Below, piece by piece: positions 1 through 6,273 of a stretch of 11,394 nt of DNA. The notes under the pieces are model-generated. The model saw only the letters and a list, made by a program, of their open reading frames with translations, was not told where the DNA came from and did no database searches. Position 1 is the first letter of the stretch. Every line of letters starts with the position of its first letter. The position numbers were made by a program, and so were the translations under genes. Origin of the DNA: a virus (lineage: Duplodnaviria; Heunggongvirae; Uroviricota; Caudoviricetes); the IMG/VR virus record IMGVR_UViG_2531839129_000022, one strand, 5' to 3'.

Positions 1-49
1 GTCATACGCCGCCGGGCGGGGAATATCATGGGTATCCCCCTGCCAGAGT

Positions 50-388
50 TCAGCGAGCAGCAGCGCCACCGCCCGGTTCTGGTCTTCGTTCATAAATTTC
101 TTTCCTTCGGGTCTCCTGTTCCCGGACTGATGCCTTGTCGCGGTTGCACTGCCCGAGCGCCATCAACAGGTCAGCATTCCAGAGAAGGGATGCTCCCCAC
201 GTCAGGGGCTGTGGCATGGGCGGAACGGGCGTTGCTTCCGTCAGTTCTGCATCAGTTTCGGGCAGGAGCACCACCGATGGCACGGGTGCGTTTTTCGAGT
301 TCCCGCAACCTGTCAGCAGCAACGGCAGGCACAGGACGAGTGCTGCAATTGTCACCGGTAATGGCGGTTGTAATTTTTTGTTTTGCAT
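50..388 (-). CDS. o-spanin (Rz1-like outer-membrane lipoprotein), internal start within the 50..598 ORF
   Basis: From the internal Met (MQNKKLQPPLPVTIAALVLCLPLLLTGC...) the product has a signal peptide with lipobox LLTGC and a proline-rich mature region. It overlaps the 3' part of the i-spanin ORF in a different frame, directly downstream of the endolysin. Confidence 0.6.
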   Translation of the reverse strand: MQNKKLQPPLPVTIAALVLCLPLLLTGCGNSKNAPVPSVVLLPETDAELTEATPVPPMPQPLTWGASLLWNADLLMALGQCNRDKASVREQETRRKEIYERRPEPGGGAAAR

Positions 389-638
389 CATGATGTTCTG
401 TCTCGTCTGCCAGCCGTGCGGCACGATTTGCGGCACGGATAGCGGAAAATACCTGCATCGTCTGTTCCTGACCGTGTAACAACCATTCAGCAGTGTGGCG
501 GGCCTGTTGCTCCGTCTGTAATTCACGGCGCAGCGTCTGGTTATCGTGGCGGGTGCTGTCCAGCCTGTGCCACAACACCCCGGACAGAACGGCGGCAAAC
601 ACGGCAGCCAGCAGTAAACTTTTACTGGCGAAGGTCAT
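252..638 (-). CDS. i-spanin (Rz-like inner-membrane spanin subunit)
   Basis: 128 aa with an N-terminal hydrophobic TM segment (LLLAAVFAAVLSGVLW) followed by a charged, helical periplasmic region (RRELQTEQQARHTAEW...). Its start overlaps the lys 3' end by 17 nt. A G-rich Shine-Dalgarno precedes the ATG. Confidence 0.6.
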   Translation of the reverse strand: MTFASKSLLLAAVFAAVLSGVLWHRLDSTRHDNQTLRRELQTEQQARHTAEWLLHGQEQTMQVFSAIRAANRAARLADETEHHDAKQKITTAITGDNCSTRPVPAVAADRLRELEKRTRAIGGAPARN

Positions 639-1137
639 CCGCCCCCCTGATATTCCAGATAGCCATTTCCACTTCGCGACGGTTCATCAGTCCTTTCCAT
701 TTATGGCCTGCGGCAAACACCCAGCGGGCCATCTGGTCACGCGCTCCGGCGTAATCACCGGCATTGAGTTTTTTCAGCAGCGTTGATTTACTGAATGCGG
801 TAACACCGGTGTTGAAAATAAACGTTGCCAGCGCCGTTTTCTGATATGGCGTCAGCGGCACCCTGACAAGACGATCGATTGCCGCATAAACCGGTTTTAA
901 ATCACTGTCGAGAAGAGCCATACACTCCGCATGGCTGTAACGGCGCATTTCGATATCCGGCCCGGTATGTCCCACACAGACCGTAAGCACACCGGCAATA
1001 TCGCGGTAAGGCATATAAGCGATATTTTCCAGATGGATCAGAGACTGACGGGTCATTTCCTGATAACCACCCACACCGCCACCGGCAATCGTTGCCGCCA
1101 GCAGTGCGGCTTTCAGTTTTTTTGGTATCCCCGCCAT
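622..1137 (-). CDS. lys: SAR endolysin Lys (T4-lysozyme-like muramidase, GH24-type E...D...T catalytic triad)
   Basis: Translation MAGIPKKLKAALLAATIAGGGVGGY... has a Gly/Ala-rich signal-anchor-release segment, then HLENIAYMPYRDIAGVLTVCVGHTG with lysozyme-like catalytic E/D/T spacing. It matches the Mu endolysin as I recall it. Tandem ATG ATG at 1140..1135; the second is better spaced from the SD. Confidence 0.88.
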   Translation of the reverse strand: MAGIPKKLKAALLAATIAGGGVGGYQEMTRQSLIHLENIAYMPYRDIAGVLTVCVGHTGPDIEMRRYSHAECMALLDSDLKPVYAAIDRLVRVPLTPYQKTALATFIFNTGVTAFSKSTLLKKLNAGDYAGARDQMARWVFAAGHKWKGLMNRREVEMAIWNIRGADDLRQ

Positions 1138-1140
1138 CAT

Positions 1141-1231
1141 GCTTCCCTGAAAAAATGCGCTGATGGCAGTCTAAAAAATCAGATGGCAGGTGCGGGATTA
1201 TGGTGACAGGAAATAACCGGCAGGATGCCGG
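1141..1231 (-). promoter_or_regulatory. C-lys intergenic region; candidate C-dependent late promoter Plys (-10-like CATAAT at 1202..1197 on - strand)
   Basis: 91-bp gap between C stop and lys start. On the - strand a CATAAT hexamer sits 8 nt downstream of a perfect palindrome, with no obvious -35, as expected for an activator-dependent promoter. Confidence 0.4.
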
Positions 1232-1237
1232 TTATTT
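1211..1237 (-). promoter_or_regulatory. Perfect 12-bp inverted repeat AAATAACCGGCA-gga-TGCCGGTTATTT overlapping the C stop codon; candidate activator (C) binding site and/or middle-transcript hairpin
   Basis: Read directly from the sequence: arms 1211..1222 and 1226..1237 are exact reverse complements with a 3-nt spacer. Confidence 0.45.
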
Positions 1238-1654
1238 TGGGCTTTCAGGTGAGAACAGATCAGGCTGATGACGTCGTGTATGCAGCTTTCTCTGGCGGGC
1301 AATAATCTGGTAGATCTGCGGCTGGGACAGGCGATACTGGCGACGCAGTTCTTCCATGTTACGACCATTGAACTGGCAGTAAAGCAAATCGTCGCGTAAC
1401 GCGGTCAGGATCGTATCGCCGCAGGGGATGTAAAACTGCCGCCCGCCCAGAAAACAGGACAGGGCAACGGCCTGTTTACGGGCAAGCTCACGGGGATTGC
1501 TGACGTTCTGGCGTTTCAGTTCGTTTTCCAGAATATCAATCAGATCAACCACTGAACGGGGCCAGCGTGATTCCAGTTCCGGGGCCGGGATGTTATCAAT
1601 ATGCCCGATTAACTGGCGAATTGCCGGATCGTGTTCAAATAAATCATGCTGCAT
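1232..1654 (-). CDS. C: Late transcription activator C (Mor/C family)
   Basis: 140 aa MQHDLFEHDPAIRQLIGHID... The C-terminal block GGRQFYIPCG...NGRNMEELRRQYRLSQPQIYQIIAR is clearly paralogous to the Mor block GGGQVYIPRG...NGRNVSELTTRYGVTFNTVYKAIRR in the same window. A G-rich SD (CCGGGGGAAAAT) precedes the ATG. Confidence 0.9.
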   Translation of the reverse strand: MQHDLFEHDPAIRQLIGHIDNIPAPELESRWPRSVVDLIDILENELKRQNVSNPRELARKQAVALSCFLGGRQFYIPCGDTILTALRDDLLYCQFNGRNMEELRRQYRLSQPQIYQIIARQRKLHTRRHQPDLFSPESPK

Positions 1655-1669
1655 ATTTTCCCCCGGTTA

Positions 1670-1786
1670 ACAGACAAAAAGATACACCACGGCACTGATG
1701 GTTATCAGAACCACAAGGGCAATCACTTTTATCGCATTAATCAGCGTGGACGGCCCGAAACATTCATCACTGAATTTTCTGTACAT
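1670..1786 (-). CDS. Small hydrophobic ORF (39 aa, MYRKFSDECFGPSTLINAIKVIALVVLITISAVVYLFVC), possible single-pass membrane peptide in the middle operon
   Basis: Found by manual translation of the 217-bp gap between the upstream membrane ORF and C. It has an AAAGGGG SD-like element shortly upstream and a single hydrophobic stretch. It is below the ORF-track length cut-off, so support is weak. Confidence 0.25.
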
Positions 1787-1871
1787 GGTGCCCCTTTACC
1801 CGAACAGACGAGCGCGAAAACGAAAGGAGAGCCAGAACGTCAGCAATCCGGCCAGCGCCCAGATGACATAC

Positions 1872-2159
1872 TCAGGACCCGTTTTCAGTTGAGACGTTGC
1901 CATCACGGCTAATCCCAGCCCGGACAGCCCCCCCCAGCCAGGTCAGAGGCCAGACGAACCGGGCAAAATGTTCAGGCACCCGGCAGCTCATTATCAGCGC
2001 ATCCAGATAATCACCGGCAACACATAAAGCAACACTGAAAACCGAGGCACAGCAAAACATCAGCGCGCGCCAGCCACAAAACAGACTTATCCACAATAAC
2101 AGCGCCAGTAATACCACCGATAAAAAATCAGGCCACTGACGAGCAGAACGCTCAGACAT
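1872..2159 (-). CDS. Middle-operon small membrane protein (two predicted TM helices); start taken at MSERSARQ, which overlaps the upstream stop (ATGTCTGA)
   Basis: ORF track gives 1872..2210. The internal ATG at 2159 overlaps the TGA of the 2152..2370 ORF (translational-coupling arrangement). Hydrophobic segments: FLSVVLLALLLWISLFCGW and FCCASVFSVALCVAG. Confidence 0.45.
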   Translation of the reverse strand: MSERSARQWPDFLSVVLLALLLWISLFCGWRALMFCCASVFSVALCVAGDYLDALIMSCRVPEHFARFVWPLTWLGGAVRAGISRDGNVSTENGS

Positions 2160-2370
2160 AATGTTTCTCCCTGTAAAGCAGGCAATGATGAAGAATTTCC
2201 GGCATATCAACTGACTGCCAGCCTTTCATGTAATAACTGCCGTGGGTGCCATCATGACCGGTATAGTCGCGGGGCGCAGGACGTGGCCCACCGGCGACAC
2301 GGCGCAAAACCTCCTGACGCAGCCGCTCACGTCTGCCAAGATGAAAGGATGCATTCCAGCCTTTACCCAT
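2152..2370 (-). CDS. First ORF of the middle operon (72 aa, basic, function unknown)
   Basis: ATG at 2370 with GGGGAAAA about 6 nt upstream, located just downstream of the mor terminator/middle-promoter region. The product is Arg-rich with no recognisable domain. Confidence 0.4.
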   Translation of the reverse strand: MGKGWNASFHLGRRERLRQEVLRRVAGGPRPAPRDYTGHDGTHGSYYMKGWQSVDMPEILHHCLLYREKHYV

Positions 2371-2416
2371 GATGATTTTCCCCGGTACGGTTATTCATCA
2401 CAGGATATTGAGGACG
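2371..2416 (-). promoter_or_regulatory. Candidate middle promoter Pm core (Mor-dependent), between the post-mor hairpin and the first middle ORF
   Basis: Position is right for a Mor-activated promoter driving 2370 down to C. The - strand reads TCAATATCCTGTGATGAATAACCG with -10-like hexamers but no good -35, consistent with activator dependence. Exact boundaries are not determinable by eye. Confidence 0.35.
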
Positions 2417-2443
2417 TAAAAAAAGCCGGATTAACCGGCTTTA
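2417..2443 (-). terminator. Rho-independent-type terminator of the early transcript directly after mor (stem AGCCGG/CCGGCT, loop UUAAU, then U7 on the - strand); likely doubles as part of the Mor-binding dyad
   Basis: Read directly: + strand A7 (2418..2424), GCCGG, ATTAA, CCGGC, T. On the - strand transcript this is hairpin plus seven U. It begins 5 nt after the mor stop. Confidence 0.6.
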
Positions 2444-2447
2444 CTGT

Positions 2448-2837
2448 TTACAGAAGTGAGGGCTGGTACTGGCGGTATTTCAGCCGTCGCATCCGGCGAA
2501 TGGCCTTGTAAACCGTATTGAAAGTGACACCATAACGGGTGGTCAGTTCGCTGACGTTGCGACCGTTAAAATCATTCCAGATACGCAAATCCCGAATCAG
2601 CGAGTCCAGAACCTGACCGCGTGGAATGTAGACCTGGCCGCCGCCCAGATGCTTACAGATAGCCACAACAATCTCCAGTGAATGGGCAGGATCAACACCC
2701 AGCCGGGACAATTCCCCGCGCAGTAAATCGTTCAGCTCCGCCAGCAGTGCCGGAAAGCGTGACGTATCCTCTGCGGGATTGTCAAGATGTGCCAGGATGG
2801 TGTCATCCTGCAAATCACCAAATAAATCTTCCGTCAT
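2448..2837 (-). CDS. mor: Middle operon regulator Mor (Mor/C family transcription activator)
   Basis: 129 aa MTEDLFGDLQDDTILAHLDNPAEDTSRFPALLAELNDLL...; the C-terminal HTH block is paralogous to C. The start overlaps the gemA stop (ATGA). Confidence 0.9.
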   Translation of the reverse strand: MTEDLFGDLQDDTILAHLDNPAEDTSRFPALLAELNDLLRGELSRLGVDPAHSLEIVVAICKHLGGGQVYIPRGQVLDSLIRDLRIWNDFNGRNVSELTTRYGVTFNTVYKAIRRMRRLKYRQYQPSLL

Positions 2838-3385
2838 TGTGCCATCCTCCGCGTCTTTCTGGCATGGGCATAAGCCGCCGTCATGGCATCATAGCCGCGC
2901 AGTTCACGCCCGGACGGACTGACCGGCAATGGAAGCCCGTGACGGGAAAAGGCTTCACGAATACAGCGGATGTGCCACTGTTTCAGGGTTTCAAGCACAA
3001 CCTGCAACGATTCTCCGTGGCACCACGCCAGTGTGGAAACACCCTGTCCGCCGTTGCGTTTCGCTGTCAGGCGCTGAACATATTTATCCAGCGCCACATC
3101 ACCGCCATCGGTAATAAAACCGTCTTCTGCCATCTGCTGCCAGACTTTGTATACCTTCTCGCGGGGAGTGGCATACCCCTTAAAGCGGCGACGTGGATGT
3201 TTATTCAGCTTCTTAAAGCCGCGTTCTTTCATGGCATCGAGCACCTGTTCCAGTTGCGTGACCGTCAGCTCGCGGCAACTGGTTTTGCCCGTTTTCTGCA
3301 TCAGAAAAGCGCGGTAAGTGTCGTCGTCGAGTTGTAGCTCCCGACGGGCGACATGGATTAATTTAATCAGGGATGTGCGATTCAT
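2834..3385 (-). CDS. gemA: GemA (host gene-expression modulation protein)
   Basis: Translation from MNRTSLIKLIHVARRELQLDDDTYRAFLMQKTGK... matches Mu GemA as I recall it. Start chosen at 3385 because of a strong SD (GAGAGGTGAG-caa-ATG). The ORF-track N-terminal extension to 3553 has no RBS. Confidence 0.85.
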   Translation of the reverse strand: MNRTSLIKLIHVARRELQLDDDTYRAFLMQKTGKTSCRELTVTQLEQVLDAMKERGFKKLNKHPRRRFKGYATPREKVYKVWQQMAEDGFITDGGDVALDKYVQRLTAKRNGGQGVSTLAWCHGESLQVVLETLKQWHIRCIREAFSRHGLPLPVSPSGRELRGYDAMTAAYAHARKTRRMAQ

Positions 3386-3415
3386 TTGCTCACCTCTCAT
3401 ATTAAGGAATGAGAT

Positions 3416-3832
3416 ATGAAAATTGATTATGACGAGATAGCCAGAATATTTGATGTTTTTCTGGAGGCCGACACCGCATTCATTCGACTGGAAGATGTCG
3501 GCTGGGATTGTTCTCAGCGGCACAGCGACAGCCATCAGAAGCTGGTTTTCCATCTTCTGTTGCTGGTTGAAAATGGTTTTATCAGCAACAGATATCTGGA
3601 AACAGGCACCGCAAAAAGCATTGGTCTCACCCCAACAAGCCTCGGATATTCATATTCAGGCACCAGTGTCAGACTTACACAAGATGGTCATGATTTTGCG
3701 AAAGCACTACATCAAAAACCCATTCTTGAGCGCATAAAACAGGACCTTGCCGACGCCCCGATGACGCTCGTAACAGACGTCGGCAAACAGTGGTTAACCT
3801 CGTTTCTTAAAAAGAAACTCGGGATTGAATAG
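3416..3832 (+). CDS. Hypothetical protein, 138 aa, encoded on the strand opposite to the whole early operon (candidate accessory gene)
   Basis: It is the only substantial ORF in the 408-bp gap between gemA and the upstream early ORF; manual translation of all three - frames there gives nothing longer than about 25 codons. AAGGAA SD 7 nt before the ATG. Candidate extended -10 (TGgATTAAT, 3354..3362) inside the gemA 5' region. The stretch looks more AT-rich than its flanks by eye. No recognisable domain. Confidence 0.45.
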   Translation: MKIDYDEIARIFDVFLEADTAFIRLEDVGWDCSQRHSDSHQKLVFHLLLLVENGFISNRYLETGTAKSIGLTPTSLGYSYSGTSVRLTQDGHDFAKALHQKPILERIKQDLADAPMTLVTDVGKQWLTSFLKKKLGIE

Positions 3833-4120
3833 TTCCCTGTTCATACGTTGCAGCGCATCAAGGGCGGCGACAGCCGCCACTTTATTGTTACCATCAGCAA
3901 TAGTGCGGAGATTTTCAATAATCCAGTGAGGACTCAGTGACTCAGCAATAATGCCAAACCGGTACGCCATGACTTCATCAATAGCTTTTTCATGAGACGA
4001 CTCATATACAAAACTCACAAAGTCATGCACTTCTTTTTTCGGCAAACCACCAGCAATCAGCAGGGCGGCAAGCTCTTCTGATTTTGAAAATACACCATTA
4101 TTCATATCACTCACCTTCAC
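3794..4120 (-). CDS. Early-region hypothetical protein (108 aa)
   Basis: Same strand as the early operon; its start overlaps the stop of the upstream ORF by 14 nt (coupled). No recognisable motif. Confidence 0.5.
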   Translation of the reverse strand: MKVSDMNNGVFSKSEELAALLIAGGLPKKEVHDFVSFVYESSHEKAIDEVMAYRFGIIAESLSPHWIIENLRTIADGNNKVAAVAALDALQRMNRELFNPEFLFKKRG

Positions 4121-4865
4121 AATTCATGCACGCCGTGTCATCGCCCATATCGCAGTGGTTGCATTTCTGCCCGCCACAATGAGGGCACTCTTTCAGATAT
4201 TCAGGGGATTCATTCCCGCAGGTCGGGCATTCCTGTTTCACCGTGGTAAATGTCCCCGGCCACGAATACGATGTTTCACCGACTGTCTTTTTCCCCGTTA
4301 TTTCTGAATCAGAACTAATACAGTGTTTTTCAACCCATGCCACACGTGCTGAATTAAGGTGGCATCTGGCTAATTTGCTTTCGTTTATGTAATGTTCGCT
4401 CTCCCGGTTAAATGGCAATATCGCATTCAGCCCTGCTGAGATAAAGTCCGCATGTAATTGTTCTAATGCGGCTTCACTGTCTGCACCGGTTGATTCAAAA
4501 TAATCGTAAGCATTGGCACATAATCCGGCAGCCCGGATAAATACATCATCGCCCGTCTCCATTGCCCCATTCTTTAACCATTGGTTGTAGGCTGTATAAA
4601 AACTATAAAGTTGCTTTCTGATACAGGTAGTGGCAGTTCCGCCATTAACTGACGCTGGCGTAACATAGCCAGCTCTGCATAAAGCAGAACGAAGTATATC
4701 CAGAACCTGCCAGGCATCTTCTCCTTCAATCACGCTACAGTTTTTGTACACCAGGACGTCCCGGCCACAACTTTTATCAATACCCCAGTCTTCAAATTTC
4801 ACAACCAGCCTCCTGCACCACACCCGGTGCTGATGAAAAATCAATGATGAGATAACGCAGTACAT
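4107..4865 (-). CDS. Early-region protein with C-terminal double zinc-ribbon (four CxxC: CPTC, CPHC, CNHC, CMNC); function unknown
   Basis: 252-aa ORF from ATG 4865. An alternative GTG start at 4802 is preceded by AGGAGG with a 6-nt spacer and would overlap the upstream stop by only 11 nt. The Cys-rich tail is unmistakable in the translation. Confidence 0.55.
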   Translation of the reverse strand: MYCVISSLIFHQHRVWCRRLVVKFEDWGIDKSCGRDVLVYKNCSVIEGEDAWQVLDILRSALCRAGYVTPASVNGGTATTCIRKQLYSFYTAYNQWLKNGAMETGDDVFIRAAGLCANAYDYFESTGADSEAALEQLHADFISAGLNAILPFNRESEHYINESKLARCHLNSARVAWVEKHCISSDSEITGKKTVGETSYSWPGTFTTVKQECPTCGNESPEYLKECPHCGGQKCNHCDMGDDTACMNCEGE

Positions 4866-5331
4866 GGTCGGTGATATTCCAGGCGCCTGAACTGCAAATA
4901 AACCGCCCCAGCCAGATATCGATATAAGCCATCACAAAACGGGGCATTCCCTGTTTGCACATCTCGTCATCCACTTCTGCAACGATGTGAACGGACTCAC
5001 AGGTCAGCACGCCCGTCGCAAACTCTTTTGCCAGCGCGGGGATGGTATTACCTTCCACCCAGGGTAATGAGCGACGCCAGTTGCACCACACCGCATCATC
5101 AACAGCAGGCTGCTCAGTTGCGTTTCGTCTTACGGGCTGCTCTGTACGCGGGCGCGGTACGTCATAAAATCCGTTGCATTCGGTGAGCACTCCGGCATCA
5201 ACCGCATCACGCAGGAAATACACCATTGACGAGGGCAGCATATTCATTTTTTCAGCCAGAACGCCGCAGGTCAGACGCCCGTAAGCCCGTAATAATATGC
5301 TGACACCATTCAGAATTTTTGCATCAACCAT
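4792..5331 (-). CDS. Early-region hypothetical protein (179 aa) with a possible N-terminal winged-helix segment
   Basis: GAGGAA SD 6 nt upstream of the ATG at 5331. Follows gam after a 98-bp AT-rich spacer. N-terminal ILLRAYGRLTCGVLAEKMNMLPSSMVYFLRDAVDAGVL resembles a wHTH, but this is weak by-eye evidence. Confidence 0.5.
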   Translation of the reverse strand: MVDAKILNGVSILLRAYGRLTCGVLAEKMNMLPSSMVYFLRDAVDAGVLTECNGFYDVPRPRTEQPVRRNATEQPAVDDAVWCNWRRSLPWVEGNTIPALAKEFATGVLTCESVHIVAEVDDEMCKQGMPRFVMAYIDIWLGRFICSSGAWNITDHVLRYLIIDFSSAPGVVQEAGCEI

Positions 5332-5429
5332 GTTTTATTCCTCAGTAATCTGTTTCAGGCGCGAGCAATCCCCTGACGTATCGCGCCATAATTAAAAGAA
5401 TGTGAATTAATTAAATATTAATGGTGGTA

Positions 5430-5954
5430 TTAAATACCGGCTTCCTGTTCAAACGGAATAATGGAAAAATCTTCAATGCCTGATTTAACTGTAATTCCGG
5501 CAACACCTGCGACCGCTTTCGGTTCCAGCAAAATCGCTTCCTTGTTGATTTCCTGCTTCGTGCGAATAAAGCGTTGCAGGCCAAGACGCTCCAGCGTTTC
5601 CATCACTGCATCCATACCACGAATACTTACTGATGGTGGACGGACCCGCCACGATACATCACCGGTGACAAGATTCGCCGTCTTCACTTTGCCGCCGTTC
5701 GTCAGTTCGTCGCGGTTCGCTTCACACCATCCCTGAACGCCTTTTGAAAGGGTTTCAATATCGGTTTTAATCGGTGTAATCCGGGCCGCAAATTTCTCCG
5801 TAATTTCCGCGATGGCATCATTCATTTCCGTTTCCAGACGTGATGCTTCGCGCTGTAAATCCCCGATGCGTTTAATATCGGTAATCACCGCATCGCGGTT
5901 TTGTGGCATATAAGCCGCTGCGGCACTCTTGATGCGTTTTGCTGGTTTAGCCAT
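5430..5954 (-). CDS. gam: Gam, host-nuclease (RecBCD) inhibitor, Ku-like DNA-end-binding protein
   Basis: 174 aa MAKPAKRIKSAAAAYMPQNRDAVITDIKRIGDLQREASRLETEMNDAIAEI... matches Mu Gam as I recall it, in the expected position between B and gemA. Confidence 0.9.
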   Translation of the reverse strand: MAKPAKRIKSAAAAYMPQNRDAVITDIKRIGDLQREASRLETEMNDAIAEITEKFAARITPIKTDIETLSKGVQGWCEANRDELTNGGKVKTANLVTGDVSWRVRPPSVSIRGMDAVMETLERLGLQRFIRTKQEINKEAILLEPKAVAGVAGITVKSGIEDFSIIPFEQEAGI

Positions 5955-5973
5955 AAATTAAAGCTCCTGTTAA

Positions 5974-6273
5974 TTAATATCCGCTGTATACAATGCTGGA
6001 TACAGCCCGATTGCTTAATTCCATCTTTCGGGCAATGACATGAATATCCAGTCCTTCTTTATAAAGTTCACGACACAAATATTTGTCGTGTTCACTGATT
6101 CGGTATACACACAATGATATTCCGTGCCTTCTGGCATGTGCCCGGAGGGCGGTTGTGGCGACTTTCAGTTTTTCCGCCATTTCTTCAATGGTCATTTTCC
6201 CGACGTTGGCTTCGATAAATTCCCGGTCTTCGCGTGACCAGCGCTTACGATTACACTTCATGTCAGTCACCAT
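5974..6273 (-). CDS. Early-region small protein (99 aa) with HTH-like segments
   Basis: Start abuts the stop of the upstream ORF. Segments MTIEEMAEKLKVATTALRAHARRHGI and LDIHVIARKMELSNRAVSSIVY look like helix-turn-helix units. Confidence 0.5.
   Translation of the reverse strand: MVTDMKCNRKRWSREDREFIEANVGKMTIEEMAEKLKVATTALRAHARRHGISLCVYRISEHDKYLCRELYKEGLDIHVIARKMELSNRAVSSIVYSGY

Noticed and set aside
28-786. + strand ORFs 28..393, 135..479 and 493..786
   Set aside because: They lie antisense to the well-supported spanin and endolysin genes, have no RBS and no recognisable protein features; typical shadow ORFs of a GC-moderate coding region.
1646-1912. + strand ORFs 1646..1912 and 1698..1892 across the C upstream region
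   Set aside because: They overlap the C start and the membrane ORF on the opposite strand, with no RBS; the - strand micro-ORF and promoter-proximal context explain the region better.
2152-2370. Alternative interpretation of the 72-aa ORF as non-coding leader of the middle transcript
   Set aside because: Not fully rejected, but the ORF has an SD-like GGGGAAAA and its stop overlaps the next start (ATGTCTGA), which favours a translated, coupled gene. Kept as a low-confidence CDS.
2678-3337. 219-aa + strand ORF antisense to mor/gemA
   Set aside because: It fully overlaps two recognisable - strand genes with strong RBSs and coupling, and is Arg/Pro/Ala-rich like a shadow frame.
3386-3553. N-terminal extension of gemA to the ATG at 3553 (239-aa ORF)
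   Set aside because: The internal ATG at 3385 has a strong SD and gives the expected GemA N-terminus (MNRTSL...). The extension has no RBS and overlaps the + strand ORF.
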